Below, one piece after another: positions 1 to 10,965 of a DNA stretch of 64,000 nt. The translations under genes were made by a program, and so were the position numbers. This DNA comes from Dehalococcoidia bacterium (GTDB lineage: Bacteria > Chloroflexota > Dehalococcoidia > GIF9 > AB-539-J10): the NCBI GenBank assembly GCA_049671165.1, contig JBATUN010000021.1, forward strand, positions 35,623-99,622, written 5' to 3'. Position 1 is the first letter of the stretch, and every line of letters starts with the position of its first letter. Below the pieces are notes generated by a model. The model saw only the letters and a list, made by a program, of their open reading frames with translations. It did not search any database and was not told the DNA's origin.

Positions 1-748
1 GCTGCATTTCCCCGTATTTGATAAACAGAATCACATAACGAGGGCCAGTGAAGTGGATATCTTCACCGGTGAGAATTATGTTGTCACCGTTCATTGCTCT
101 GGCGACCTCAAGCCACTGACTAAATTTTTCCAGGAATGCGAGACTGACAAGGAAAGCCGCAAACGTTACCTGGGGCGAAGTTCAGGATTTCTTCTCTATC
201 ACATTCTTGATAGATTGGGCAGCTATTGCTTCCCTATACTTGACAAAATTACCCAAAATATTGAGGATATAGAGGACGTTATTTTTGATAAGACTGGTCC
301 ACAAACTGTCCGCGAGATTTCCCTGATTCGCCGGGACCTTATTTCCTTTCGCCGCGTCATTCATCCCCAAATTGCGGTAATCGAGACACTAGAGAAAGGG
401 GAATATCCTTTCTTAAAGGAGGAGGAGGAAATCTATTTTGGTGATATTGCTGACCACATTCGCAAAATCTGGGGCGGCCTGGAGGACTGCAAAGAGGTCA
501 TAGATGGACTTGCTGATACCAGCAACTGGTTAACCTCACACCGAATTCAAGAGATAATGCGGATACTGACTATCATTATGGGACTCTTGGCACCGCCCAC
601 CTTGATAGCCAGTATTTACGGTATGAATATCCCACTACCTGGTGGAGTGAACTCTGGCAGTCTTTTGCCCTTGGGTATTCTGTTTGCTCTCATGGCGATT
701 ACAGCGGGAGGCATATTCTTTTACATGCACCGTCGGGGTTACCTCTAA
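1..748 (+). CDS. corA: Mg2+/Co2+ transporter CorA, 5'-truncated at the window edge (frame open back to nt 2)
   Basis: C-terminal YGMNIPLPG (GMN motif) followed by two hydrophobic helices; no in-frame stop upstream to the window start. Confidence 0.8.
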   Translation, partial: LHFPVFDKQNHITRASEVDIFTGENYVVTVHCSGDLKPLTKFFQECETDKESRKRYLGRSSGFLLYHILDRLGSYCFPILDKITQNIEDIEDVIFDKTGPQTVREISLIRRDLISFRRVIHPQIAVIETLEKGEYPFLKEEEEIYFGDIADHIRKIWGGLEDCKEVIDGLADTSNWLTSHRIQEIMRILTIIMGLLAPPTLIASIYGMNIPLPGGVNSGSLLPLGILFALMAITAGGIFFYMHRRGYL

Positions 749-772
749 ATCGTCCAGCCAAATCAATTTCTC

Positions 773-1285
773 TTGTTCGAACCAGCTATGGAAATTAAAT
801 TCGTTGCCGATAACAACGTGGGCAAACTAACTCGATGGTTAAGGCTGATGGGCTATGATACTGTGCTGTTTAGGGAGAAAGACGATGGTCAAATGATTAA
901 GATAGCTCTTAGTGAGGACAGGGTGATTCTGACTAAAGATGGCCAGTTTATGAAAAGACGCTTGGTCACAAACGGCGCACTCAAAACCATACACATCAAA
1001 CAGGACGACCCTAGACTCCAGGTGCAGGAAGTGGTGACAACATTGAAGTTAGATTATCATTTCAAACCTTTCTCGCTTTGCCTCGAATGCAATCGACAGT
1101 TAATGACTCGGGATAAAGAAGAGGTGAAAGACCTGGTCCCCGCTCACGTTGTTGAAACTCAAACTCAATATACGCAATGTCCCGGCTGCCAGCGTATCTA
1201 CTGGCCGGGCACACACTGGCAGGCCATGGTGAAGAAGTTGCAGGACCTGCAAAGCGGGGGTGGCGAAAATCATGCTTCTGGCTGA
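773..1285 (+). CDS. Mut7-C RNase-domain (DUF82) protein with C-terminal Cys4 zinc ribbon
   Basis: N-terminal KFVADNNVGKLTRWLRLMGYDT is typical of Mut7-C/DUF82; C-terminal CLECN...CPGCQ. Confidence 0.6.
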   Translation: MFEPAMEIKFVADNNVGKLTRWLRLMGYDTVLFREKDDGQMIKIALSEDRVILTKDGQFMKRRLVTNGALKTIHIKQDDPRLQVQEVVTTLKLDYHFKPFSLCLECNRQLMTRDKEEVKDLVPAHVVETQTQYTQCPGCQRIYWPGTHWQAMVKKLQDLQSGGGENHASG

Positions 1286-1375
1286 TGTCAGTCTTCTCAG
1301 AGTTTCAATAGTGGCACGGATTGGATAGTAGTGCTATACTCAGCCCACAATGCGAGGGGATACGGATAAAGCTAA

Positions 1376-2152
1376 ATGTCTATGTTATTGGCAATTGATA
1401 TCGGGAACACCAACGTTAAGATTGGTGTATTTGACGGTGATGAGTTAAAGGCTACGTGGAACTTAGCTACCGGCATTCACCGCACTTCAGACGAGTACGC
1501 TGGGATATTGCTCAACCTCATGGAGCGAAGAAGGGTCTCAGCTTCGAAAATCACCGGGGTAGCGGTGTGCAGTGTTGTGCCACCGCTGTTGCCTGCATTC
1601 GTGGAACTATGCAGGAAATACTTGAATACTAAACCCCTGGTGGTCGAAGCTGGTGTTAAGACAAGCATGCGTATCCGTTTGGATAACCCGAGGGAGGTTG
1701 GTCCTGACCGCGTGGTTAATGCCGTAGCTGCACAGCATCTTTATGGAAAACCGTTAATAATTATTGACGTTGGCACAGCCACTACCTTCGATGTTGTCTC
1801 TCGGGAAGGGGATTACCTTGGGGGGGCTATTGCCCCGGGGATTGTCATAGCTACGGAAGGTTTATACGCTCGTACTGCTGCGCTCCCTCGAATCAGGCTA
1901 AGCCGCCCGGAGCAAGCTATCGGCAAGAATACTATCTCGGCTATGCAATCGGGTATAATATTTGGCTATATCGGGCTCATTGAGGGCATGATCCGACGCA
2001 TAGAGCAAGAATTGACAAGCAAAGCCAAGGTGATAGCTACGGGTGGTCAGGCTCACCTTCTGGCCCATGAAATACCGGCAATAGAAATAGTAGATCTTGA
2101 TTTAACCTTGGTTGGATTGCGTCTGATTTATGAAATGAACAAGGAGCCGTAA
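1376..2152 (+). CDS. coaX: type III pantothenate kinase
   Basis: LLAIDIGNTNVKIGVF N-terminus, actin-like fold motifs, ~258 aa. Confidence 0.9.
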   Translation: MSMLLAIDIGNTNVKIGVFDGDELKATWNLATGIHRTSDEYAGILLNLMERRRVSASKITGVAVCSVVPPLLPAFVELCRKYLNTKPLVVEAGVKTSMRIRLDNPREVGPDRVVNAVAAQHLYGKPLIIIDVGTATTFDVVSREGDYLGGAIAPGIVIATEGLYARTAALPRIRLSRPEQAIGKNTISAMQSGIIFGYIGLIEGMIRRIEQELTSKAKVIATGGQAHLLAHEIPAIEIVDLDLTLVGLRLIYEMNKEP

Positions 2153-3366
2153 TGCTTAAAAATAGGACCGTAGTCCTGGGAGTGACAGGGAGTATTGCCG
2201 CTTACAAAGCAGCAGAGATTGCCAGCCAGCTCACTCAGTCAGGGGCCAATGTGAATGTAATTGTGACCGAAGAGGCCGTCCAGTTTATATCACCTGTTAC
2301 CTTCCGAGCGATTACGGAGAGGCCGGTAGTCACTGAAATGTTTGACTTAGCCTCTGAATTCAGTATTGAGCATGTCTCATTGGCCAAGGCTGCTGATATA
2401 GTAGTCATTGCTCCTGCTACCGCCAATATCATTGCCAAGCTGGCGGCTGGCATTGCTGACGATATGCTATGCTGCACGGTATTGGCTACCAAGGCGCCGG
2501 TGCTTATCGCCCCAGCTATGGAAACCAATATGTATACTAATCCAATCACTCAGGATAATTTATCTAAGCTCAGAGCTCGCGACTTCATAATTGTTGGTCC
2601 GACCACAGGCCGGTTGGCCTCGGGCAAAGAGGGGTTGGGGAGACTCGCCGACATAAATGATATTATCGACAGCATTCACCAGGTGTTGGGTAGGGGGGGA
2701 GATCTGGTCGGCAGACATATCGTGGTCACCGCCGGCGGTACGCAGGAGCCTATTGACCCGGTTCGCTACGTGAGCAATCGCTCATCCGGTAAGATGGGCT
2801 ATGCTCTGGCTGAGGCAGCGCGTGACCGCGGAGCCAAAGTAACGCTGGTTACAGCCCCTACTTCGTTACCGGAGCCCGTAGGCACTGATGTCGTCCGGGT
2901 CGGCGCAGCTGAGGAGATGCGTCAAGCAGTGGAGAATGTGCTTCCCCAGGCTGACGCCCTGATTATGGCTGCTGCCGTAGCCGATTATCGCCCGGTGAAG
3001 GCAGCTAAAGATAAGATAAAAAAAGGAAAGGCGGGGCTGAGCTTAGAGATGGAATGCACCCAGGACATTCTGGGCACTGTTAAGGGAAATTTCGTCAAAG
3101 TGGGTTTCGCCGCCGAAAGCAGCAACCTGGTGAAAAATGCCAAGGGAAAGCTGAAGCAAAAGAGGCTTGACTTTATCGTAGCCAATGACATTACTGCTAA
3201 GGATAGTGGATTTGACACTGAAACCAATCGAGTGATCATAATTGACCGCACGGGAAAGGTCTACAAGCTACCCCTCCTGCCCAAGGGAGAGGTGGCGAAC
3301 AAGGTTTTGGATAGGGTGGCTATGCTTTTTCCAATGCCGAGACCCCGCCGAGTAAGCAAGCCTTGA
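2152..3366 (+). CDS. coaBC: bifunctional phosphopantothenoylcysteine decarboxylase / phosphopantothenate-cysteine ligase
   Basis: Flavoprotein N-domain (VLGVTGSIAAYKA) plus DFP C-domain; start overlaps the coaX stop (TAATG). Confidence 0.9.
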   Translation: MLKNRTVVLGVTGSIAAYKAAEIASQLTQSGANVNVIVTEEAVQFISPVTFRAITERPVVTEMFDLASEFSIEHVSLAKAADIVVIAPATANIIAKLAAGIADDMLCCTVLATKAPVLIAPAMETNMYTNPITQDNLSKLRARDFIIVGPTTGRLASGKEGLGRLADINDIIDSIHQVLGRGGDLVGRHIVVTAGGTQEPIDPVRYVSNRSSGKMGYALAEAARDRGAKVTLVTAPTSLPEPVGTDVVRVGAAEEMRQAVENVLPQADALIMAAAVADYRPVKAAKDKIKKGKAGLSLEMECTQDILGTVKGNFVKVGFAAESSNLVKNAKGKLKQKRLDFIVANDITAKDSGFDTETNRVIIIDRTGKVYKLPLLPKGEVANKVLDRVAMLFPMPRPRRVSKP

Positions 3367-3428
3367 ATTTGTTCAGGTACAAGATTTCTTTTGGCTGACA
3401 GCCGACAACTAAGACAGGGTTAGAGTCA

Positions 3429-6107
3429 ATGTCCGAGATACCAAAAGCCTATGAGCCGGGCAAGATAGAAAAGAGGTGGTATGATTTCTGGCTCAAGCAG
3501 GGCTACTTTGCTCCGAAAACAGACACTAACAAGAAACCTTTTGTTATCGTTATGCCGCTTCCCAACGTCACTGGTGACCTCCACGTAGGACATGCCCTGT
3601 TTGTGACGCTGCAGGATATGATGACCAGGTGGCACAGGATGATGGGGGAGCCTACCTTGTGGTTGCCGGGAACCGACCATGCTGGTATTGCCACGCAGGT
3701 GATTGTCGAACGGCAGCTGGCAAAGCAGGGCAAGACCAAAGAGGAGATCGGGCGCGAAGAATTCACGAAATCGATCTTAAGATGGGCCGATAAGAACAGG
3801 CATGACATCAGGCACCAACAACAGTTGCTGGGGGCTTCCTGCGATTGGACCAGGGAGAAATTCACGCTGGATGCAGGTCCCAGCAGGGCGGTGCGGACTG
3901 CTTTTGTGCGTTTGTACAATAAAGGCTTGATCTACCGTGGGGAGCGCATGATAAATTGGTGTCCCCGCTGCGGAACAGCACTCTCCGACCTCGAGGTTGA
4001 ACATAAAGATGTTGCTGGACACCTTTATTATATTCGTTATCCCCTAGCTGCAAGCGAAGGGTTCGCAACGGTAGCTACTACCCGACCGGAGACTTTTTTC
4101 GGTGATACAGCTGTGGCGGTGAACCCAGAAGACGAGCGCTACAAGAATCTGATAGGCAAGAGTGTCATCCTCCCTATTATCGATAAGGAAGTTCCCATAA
4201 TCGGTGATGATGCGGTTGATACTTCCTTCGGCACAGGAGCATTGAAAATAACTCCAGCCCATGACCCCACGGACCTCGAAATAGCTCGGCGACATAATCT
4301 GCCGCTGGTAGCGATCATGAACCCCGATGCTACTATGAATGGGAACGCCGGGCCCTATCGAGGATTGGAGAGGTTTGTCTGCAGGGATAGGGTATTGGCC
4401 GATCTGGAAGAGATGAAGCTCCTCGAGAAAATCGAGCCCTACTCTCATTCCGTCGGGCATTGCGGCCGTTGCCAGACGATGATTGAACCTGCAGTTAGTC
4501 TGCAGTGGTTCGTTCAGACACAACCTTTAGCTAAAGCTGCCATCGCGGCTGTTAAAGACGGCAGGATCACCATAATTCCGGAGCGCTTCGCCAAGATATA
4601 TTTTGACTGGATGGAAAACATCAGAGATTGGTGTATCAGCCGACAGCTATGGTGGGGACACCGCATTCCAGTATGGTATTGTCAGGACTGTGGCAAGTTG
4701 ACGGTATCGGCAGACGGACCTTCGGCTTGTACTCATTGTGGTTCAAAACAACTTGTTCAGGACCCTGATGTCCTCGACACCTGGTTTAGCTCAGCCCTAT
4801 GGACACATTCCGCGCTGGGCTGGCCGGAGGACACTGATGACCTTCGCCGTTTCTATCCTGGCTCGGTAATGGAAACAGGCTATGACATCCTTTTCTTTTG
4901 GGTCGCTAGGATGATCATGATGGGCCTGGAGAACACGGGCGAGGTACCATTCCACACTGTTTACCTCCATGGGCTGATTAGGGATAAGGGTGGAGAGAAG
5001 ATGAGCAGAAGTAAACTGCAAGCAAACGCTATGAGCCCCGCCGAGCCTATAAGCCAGTATGGTGTCGACGCTCTCCGGTTCGCTCTGAGTGTAGGCAGTA
5101 CGGCAGGTAACGATATGAGTCTCGGCCAAGATAAATTGGAATCCGGCCGCAATTTCGTCAACAAAGTGTGGAATGCCGCCAGGTTTATCCTGCAGTGCCT
5201 GGAGTCTGAAAGGCTGGAAGCTCAGACAATGGAGCTCCGACCGCATATAATAGAGGACCAATGGATCAACAGCCAGTTGAGCCGCCTTATCAGAAGTGTT
5301 ACCGGGCTAATGGAGAACTGCCAATTCGGCGAAGCCGAGCAGCAGATTTACGATTTTGTCTGGTCGAAGTTCTGTGACTGGTATATCGAAATTGCCAAGA
5401 TACGACTCCGCAGCCAATCGACTCCTTCGCCCCTGCCCTTCCTGGCCAATACATTGGAAAAATCACTGCGTCTTTTGCATCCTTTCATGCCTTTCGTTAC
5501 CGAGGAATTGTGGCAAAGTTTGAAGCAATATCTACCTGACAAAGGCCAAATGCCGGCTTCCATAATGATAGCTCCTTATCCCATTGCTGATGATAAGGCC
5601 TTTGCTCCAGAGGCAGAGCGGGTGATGGACGCCATTATAGAGGTTGTCCGCTCTATCCGTAACGTTCGGGCTCAATATAAGGTGAAGCCAAGCAAATGGA
5701 TTGAAGCCCGAGTTTATACTGGTGAGCTTCTTTCGAGTCTTAGCGCTGAAGCAAGTATGATAGAAACACTGGCTAAAGTCCGGCCCTTAGCAATACTCGG
5801 TCGCCAGAAAAGGGAATCCACTAAAGATAGAGACCTAGTCTTAGTGTTGAAAGAAGCTGAAATAGTTGTGCCTTTGGTGGGCATGGTGGACCGCCTTGCT
5901 GAGGAACAGCGACTGACAAAGGAAAGTGAAGAAATCAAAGAGAGAATTGCCCAACTTGAAACCAGGCTAAGAGACCAAGCCTTTCTGAACAAGGCGCCGT
6001 CTCAAATTGCTGAAAAAGAGAAGCAGAAGCTTTCTATGCTTGAAGATAAATTGAGAAGATTGAACCAGGAATTGTCTCAACTGAGCTCATCGTCGGTTGA
6101 TAGCTGA
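3429..6107 (+). CDS. valS: valine--tRNA ligase
   Basis: 892 aa; HIGH-type motif PNVTGDLHVGHAL, KMSRSK (KMSKS), C-terminal coiled coil. Confidence 0.95.
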   Translation: MSEIPKAYEPGKIEKRWYDFWLKQGYFAPKTDTNKKPFVIVMPLPNVTGDLHVGHALFVTLQDMMTRWHRMMGEPTLWLPGTDHAGIATQVIVERQLAKQGKTKEEIGREEFTKSILRWADKNRHDIRHQQQLLGASCDWTREKFTLDAGPSRAVRTAFVRLYNKGLIYRGERMINWCPRCGTALSDLEVEHKDVAGHLYYIRYPLAASEGFATVATTRPETFFGDTAVAVNPEDERYKNLIGKSVILPIIDKEVPIIGDDAVDTSFGTGALKITPAHDPTDLEIARRHNLPLVAIMNPDATMNGNAGPYRGLERFVCRDRVLADLEEMKLLEKIEPYSHSVGHCGRCQTMIEPAVSLQWFVQTQPLAKAAIAAVKDGRITIIPERFAKIYFDWMENIRDWCISRQLWWGHRIPVWYCQDCGKLTVSADGPSACTHCGSKQLVQDPDVLDTWFSSALWTHSALGWPEDTDDLRRFYPGSVMETGYDILFFWVARMIMMGLENTGEVPFHTVYLHGLIRDKGGEKMSRSKLQANAMSPAEPISQYGVDALRFALSVGSTAGNDMSLGQDKLESGRNFVNKVWNAARFILQCLESERLEAQTMELRPHIIEDQWINSQLSRLIRSVTGLMENCQFGEAEQQIYDFVWSKFCDWYIEIAKIRLRSQSTPSPLPFLANTLEKSLRLLHPFMPFVTEELWQSLKQYLPDKGQMPASIMIAPYPIADDKAFAPEAERVMDAIIEVVRSIRNVRAQYKVKPSKWIEARVYTGELLSSLSAEASMIETLAKVRPLAILGRQKRESTKDRDLVLVLKEAEIVVPLVGMVDRLAEEQRLTKESEEIKERIAQLETRLRDQAFLNKAPSQIAEKEKQKLSMLEDKLRRLNQELSQLSSSSVDS

Positions 6108-6113
6108 CAACTT

Positions 6114-6815
6114 TCAGCCTTCAAGGGCGGAAGTATAAGCTGGCCTGGCTTTCAGGTCTAACAGCTGATGCAGCTTGCTCAGAGCTTTTTTGGTATCGCT
6201 AGCCACGCGGGATTTATCGCGAGTCTTTATCCGATATTTGAATAGCCAATAGGTAAATTCATTGAGCTCGCTGAGTCTCATAGACCTGAGCTGAGGATAA
6301 TGCCGCTCCTTTCTAAATTGCTTTAGAAGGGCAGATTGGGAGGCACCATAAACACGCTGGTAGGCGTCGTCCACTACTCCGTTATCGTTGTGCAAACCTA
6401 AAACTCTCTTTTTCTTTCGTATCTCTTCAGTTACAGACAAAAGGAGAAACTTTTCCACAAGAATGCCATAGAAATAATTGAGATGAGCCTGGTATTTAGA
6501 AGCACCGATAAGATTCTTAAATTCGTCTTTAGATAATTCTACTGGTGGTATACCGAAGAAGAGAAGATTCGTCCGCTCCTTTTCGGGAATAAGTCCATCG
6601 AGCTCTTCACATAACCTCTCGGTCAGGACTAGCCAATCGAAAGCTTCATTGTCAACAAGATACTGATAATGTCGCCCGTCGTAGTCCTCTTCAAGACTAC
6701 TCCATAGGCAAATGGCTTCGAGTACGGCCACGTACCAGTTCTTGCCTTCAGCAATAGCACTTTTCAGCTCTTGGATTGCCTGAGTATCTCGAGTAGACAC
6801 TCCAGCCACCTCCAT
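6114..6815 (-). CDS. hypothetical protein
   Basis: 233-aa ORF convergent with valS; no recognisable motif. Confidence 0.45.
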   Translation of the reverse strand: MEVAGVSTRDTQAIQELKSAIAEGKNWYVAVLEAICLWSSLEEDYDGRHYQYLVDNEAFDWLVLTERLCEELDGLIPEKERTNLLFFGIPPVELSKDEFKNLIGASKYQAHLNYFYGILVEKFLLLSVTEEIRKKKRVLGLHNDNGVVDDAYQRVYGASQSALLKQFRKERHYPQLRSMRLSELNEFTYWLFKYRIKTRDKSRVASDTKKALSKLHQLLDLKARPAYTSALEG

Positions 6816-6905
6816 AATTATTCTAGAAACCTATATTATATCTCCATCAGTCCGAGGGCTCAAGGCACAGCATCGTCGTTCAATACCTTAGCCAGCCCTC
6901 TCTCA

Positions 6906-7050
6906 TCATTGCGACAAGCGATGCCGGAGCTGCGAGCGAAGCGTGGCAGGATGAAGCAATCTCTAAGCCAGGTTCCTTAGTCCAACCATAGCAGGCTTGA
7001 GGTTCACAATGAGATTGCCACGCCCCGACAGGTCAGTGCTCGCAATGACA
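6906..7050. repeat. nested palindromic MITE-like repeat, copy A (outer arms tcattgcga / tcgcaatga, inner arms gaagcaatctc / gagattgc)
   Basis: Inverted arms read directly from the sequence; homologous to 10839-10965. Confidence 0.5.
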
Positions 7051-7105
7051 GGGAAGATATTACCCAATGTCACAAACATAACTAGTCTATCCACAATTGA
7101 TAGCA

Positions 7106-8113
7106 TTACTGCGTTGCGACATCAGTTGGCTTGCGCAGCGGCTTGAAGGTGCCGCCGGCGGCTATCCTGGAGACAACTTCCTCAGCTTCCTTGATTATCC
7201 TGTCTATCAACTCCTTGACCGTGGGAATATCATGAACAAGGCCTATTACCTGCCCCACGCTAAGCAGTCCGTTATCGACATCACCTGCTTCAAGCAATTT
7301 CAGTCCTACTCTGCCGCTGATGAGCGATTCCAATTGATGTATATCGGCGCCTTGCTTTTCCAGCTCGAGCACTTTTTCGGATGTCGGGTTTTTCAATGCT
7401 CTCATCGTGTTGCGGAATGAGCGCAGCACCAATACGGTGTCACGCTCCGATGCTGTTGTTAGCAATTCTTTCACTTTGGGATGTCCTGGTGCCTCTTTAG
7501 TTGCCATAAAGCGGGTACCCATATTGACCGCTTCTGCTCCCAGTGCCAGGGCGGCAACAAGACCACGCGCATCGCCGAAGCCTCCAGACGCGATAACAGG
7601 AATATCCACAGTATCCACAGTTAACGGAATCAGGACGAGGGAGGTAACATCCTCCTCGCCAGGGTGTCCGGCGCACTCAAAACCATCAATGCTAACGGCG
7701 TCGCAACCTATTCGCTGAGCAGTGCGAGCGAAGCGGACTGCGGTGCACTTGTGTATCACCTTTACGCCAGCCGCCTTGAGCCGCTCCATATATGGCTCCG
7801 GGCTTCTGCCGGCTGTTTCCACAATCTTTATTCCAGAATCGATAACCGTATTCAAATAGCCGTCAATATCGACAGGGCGAAGAGTGGGCAACAGGGTTAT
7901 ATTTACTCCGAAGGGTTTATCGGTGAGTTCTCTAGTCTTTTTGATTTCAGCAGCCAGTTCCGCAGGAGTCGGAAATGTAAAGGCCGTGATTATGCCGAGC
8001 CCGCCGGCGTTGGACACTGCGGATACCAGCTCTGCCCGGGAAATCCACATCATTCCGCCCTGGGTGATGGGATACTTGATGCCGAAAAGCTCGGTTATGC
8101 GCGTTTTGAACAT
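7106..8113 (-). CDS. nitronate monooxygenase / FabK-family FMN oxidoreductase
   Basis: MFKTRITELFGIKYPITQGGM...GGLGII, the NMO/2-nitropropane dioxygenase signature. Confidence 0.85.
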   Translation of the reverse strand: MFKTRITELFGIKYPITQGGMMWISRAELVSAVSNAGGLGIITAFTFPTPAELAAEIKKTRELTDKPFGVNITLLPTLRPVDIDGYLNTVIDSGIKIVETAGRSPEPYMERLKAAGVKVIHKCTAVRFARTAQRIGCDAVSIDGFECAGHPGEEDVTSLVLIPLTVDTVDIPVIASGGFGDARGLVAALALGAEAVNMGTRFMATKEAPGHPKVKELLTTASERDTVLVLRSFRNTMRALKNPTSEKVLELEKQGADIHQLESLISGRVGLKLLEAGDVDNGLLSVGQVIGLVHDIPTVKELIDRIIKEAEEVVSRIAAGGTFKPLRKPTDVATQ

Positions 8114-8310
8114 CGTGTTTCCTCCTTCTGATATTTGTGGCTAATTATACCACTTGCTAGTTTGGTGAAGTTTGAGCATAGCTTGAGACTTCATCAGATG
8201 CTTGACAAGTATATGTGAGCAAACTATATTTCCTCTTCATCAACCTACGATAGCCTGAAGAACTGCGCCCAAAAGCCTGCGGGATAAAGTCTTGACAAAG
8301 GAGGGCCAAG

Positions 8311-8625
8311 ATGGGAAAAGAAATCTCTATTTACAACCTGGCCGATGGTGTGACTGATGAGCACTACCAAGAGTACGTTAAGAATATTAAGGGCCCCTTT
8401 CTGGAGAGCCTGCCTTCGGTTAGCAAGTTCGAGCTGGTCAGGATAAAGGGGGCGGTGACGGGGGAATCCCCCTATACCTATGTCGGCATCCTGCATGTGG
8501 ACAACCTAGATGAATTCTACCAGAGAGATGTCCCATCTCAGCAATTCCAGGACTTTCTAAAGGAAGTGATGCCGATGATTAAGCAGGAAGGTTATCACAT
8601 GATGTACGGGGAGGAAATCTACTAA
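8311..8625 (+). CDS. small hypothetical protein (possibly dimeric alpha/beta-barrel-like)
   Basis: 104 aa with AGGAGG ribosome-binding site 8 nt upstream; fold assignment is a guess. Confidence 0.45.
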   Translation: MGKEISIYNLADGVTDEHYQEYVKNIKGPFLESLPSVSKFELVRIKGAVTGESPYTYVGILHVDNLDEFYQRDVPSQQFQDFLKEVMPMIKQEGYHMMYGEEIY

Positions 8626-8917
8626 TATTCGAAAGGCACTGTGTTTCGTTGGCGGCAAGGGCATGAGGCTTTGTCGGAGGATTGAGCAACTTTTGGGAAC
8701 ACATTTGACTCTCGTCACTTCTGACGACGAAGTAGGAAGGATGCAAACAAATGGTGCTCGAATTTGGTCAGCTGATGGGATATTATCTCCCGGCCCCCTC
8801 CTTGAAATGTATCCACACCTTTGTTCGCAATTCTGCCGTAGTCTGTCAAAGACCAGCCATTCCCTCGGGATTTCTGGGACGAAACGCCATCCAAGTCGAG
8901 CTCGCCAACAGAGCTAG

Positions 8918-10642
8918 TTAGCTCTTCCTATTCAAAGTGGCTAGCAATTCTTCTAGCGGTAATGTATTTAATATATGCTGTGGCTCGCACCAAGCGCGCC
9001 GCGCAACGCCAACCCCGAATCGCATAAAGCCCAGATGGGCAATGCTATGAGCGTCCGTTCCGATGGCGAGCTTTACCCCCAATTCTCGAGCACGAAAAGC
9101 ATGGGTGTCGTTTAAATCGAGGCGGTCAGGCATGGCGTTGATTTCCAAAACCTTATTATACTTGGCTGCCGCCCGGAAGACGGCTTCCAAGTCTATGGCT
9201 ACGGGCTCCCGCTCTCCTATAAGGCGGCAAGTAGGGTGGGCAATCATGTCGACATCGGGATTCTCTATGGCGTTTATTACCCTCCGGGTCATCTTTTCCT
9301 CACTTTGGCTCATGGCGGAGTGCACAGCGGCATTCACTATATCCAGTTCGGATAAAATCTCGTGTGGCAGGTCCAGGCTACCATCCGCCCGAATATCCAC
9401 CTCGATGCCTGTAAGCACATGAATCCCGATCAAGCGCTCGTTAAGAGCTTTGATTTCACCAATCTGCTGCCTCAGCCTATCCACATCGAGACCGTGAGCA
9501 ATACCACGTCCAGCGGAATGTTCCGTGATTGCGATATATTGATAGCCCATGTCTTGGGCCGCCCGAGCCAGCTCCTCGATGGAATTGTGCCCATCACTCC
9601 ATTCAGTGTGTGTATGAAGGTCGCCCTTTATGTCGGATAACTCCACAAGCTCTGGTATAGCTCCCTGCGCAGCCTTTTCTATTTCACCCTGTGCCTCTCT
9701 GAGTTCCGGTGGGATGTACTGAAGCCCCAGCCGATGATAGAATTCCTCCTCCGTAGCAAATCTTTCCAGCTTGTCTGTGGCTACAACGCTTATCCCGTAT
9801 TCACTCAGCTTTAAACCCTGCTTATGCCATTTCTCTCTCAGGGAAATGTTGTGCTGTTTGCTGCCGGTGAAATACTGAAGTAGAGAACCGAAGGAGTCAT
9901 GCTCCACCATCCTCAAGTCAACTTGCATTCCGCCGCTGACAATAACAGTGGCTTTGGTTGACCCCTGGGCCAGCACCTGTCTTACTTGAGGGAGTGCCAC
10001 GAGCGCATCTATCACGTCCTTGGGGTTATCGGCAGTGCCCATCAGGTCAATATCGCCCACTGTTTCTCGAAAGCGACGCAAGCTGCCGGCGGGAGTGAGA
10101 TTCTTCACCCCGGGGACAGAGTGGAGGCCAGCTATGATCTCCTCGACAATGGGCAGGGCCTCGCCAATGGGAATGCGCTGGTCTTTGCGGCGCAATGCCT
10201 GAATCTGGTGGAGGATATTATCGGCAGTCTTTTCGCCTAGTCGGAAGAGCTTAGCTACTCGCCTATCATTGATTGCTCGCTCCAGTTCATCTACCGAGCT
10301 TATCCCTAATTCGCTGGAAAGCTTGTTAGCCGTCTTAGGGCCAATCCCTGGTATGGTCAGAAGATTTGTTATCCCCTGGGGAAACTCCGCCTTCAGGTCG
10401 TCATAATAACCCAGTCTACCAGTCGTTATTAGCTCGGTGGTTTTCTTGGCTATTGCCTCACCCACGCCCGGAACACTGTGCAAGTCCTCCCCATCGTCGA
10501 TCATGGCCTCTAATTCTCTGGGGTGATGCTCGATAGCCCGGGCTGCCTTCTGATAGGCGCGAATCTTGAAGACATTCTCTCCTTTAAGCTCCAGAAGATC
10601 AGCAATATCCTGAAATACCTTGGCCACCTCGCTGTTTTTCAT
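8918..10642 (-). CDS. polX: DNA polymerase X family protein with C-terminal PHP phosphoesterase domain
   Basis: N-terminal helix-hairpin-helix (KIRAYQKAARAIE), pol-beta-like core, C-terminal PHP His/Asp motifs (HTHTEWSDG). Confidence 0.9.
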   Translation of the reverse strand: MKNSEVAKVFQDIADLLELKGENVFKIRAYQKAARAIEHHPRELEAMIDDGEDLHSVPGVGEAIAKKTTELITTGRLGYYDDLKAEFPQGITNLLTIPGIGPKTANKLSSELGISSVDELERAINDRRVAKLFRLGEKTADNILHQIQALRRKDQRIPIGEALPIVEEIIAGLHSVPGVKNLTPAGSLRRFRETVGDIDLMGTADNPKDVIDALVALPQVRQVLAQGSTKATVIVSGGMQVDLRMVEHDSFGSLLQYFTGSKQHNISLREKWHKQGLKLSEYGISVVATDKLERFATEEEFYHRLGLQYIPPELREAQGEIEKAAQGAIPELVELSDIKGDLHTHTEWSDGHNSIEELARAAQDMGYQYIAITEHSAGRGIAHGLDVDRLRQQIGEIKALNERLIGIHVLTGIEVDIRADGSLDLPHEILSELDIVNAAVHSAMSQSEEKMTRRVINAIENPDVDMIAHPTCRLIGEREPVAIDLEAVFRAAAKYNKVLEINAMPDRLDLNDTHAFRARELGVKLAIGTDAHSIAHLGFMRFGVGVARRAWCEPQHILNTLPLEELLATLNRKS

Positions 10643-10838
10643 GTCCTTGCTCGCCTCCTCCCCCCTCTATTATACCCTTGCTTCCTCGGCCTGTGATAGC
10701 TGAGAGTATTTCCCCTCCTCTCACTTTGACAAGCTCGGAGCTACGGGTCATTACCCTGAATAGCGGGAGCCATCGTAGATCTCCCCGCCTTGGTCAATGC
10801 CGTTTAGTAGCTACTCAATGTATTGGGTTCTTTCCTTC

Positions 10839-10965
10839 TGTCACTGCGAGGCGTGCTCTCCCCTTGTCATTGCGAGGAGCGAAGCGACGAAGCAATCCCG
10901 GCGGCGTTATTGTGGGCTAAGATTGCCGCGCAACTTTCAGGTGCTCGCGACGACACGAAATAGAT
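10839..10965. repeat. nested palindromic MITE-like repeat, copy B (tandem left arms tgtcactgcgag / tgtcattgcgaggagcgaagcgacgaagcaatc)
   Basis: Homologous to 6906-7050; followed by further hairpins (cagtcggctc / gagccgac) up to ~11140. Confidence 0.5.

Noticed and set aside
7407-8144. Plus-strand ORFs of 86-155 aa overlapping the NMO gene
   Set aside because: They are shadow ORFs antisense to a well-supported CDS.
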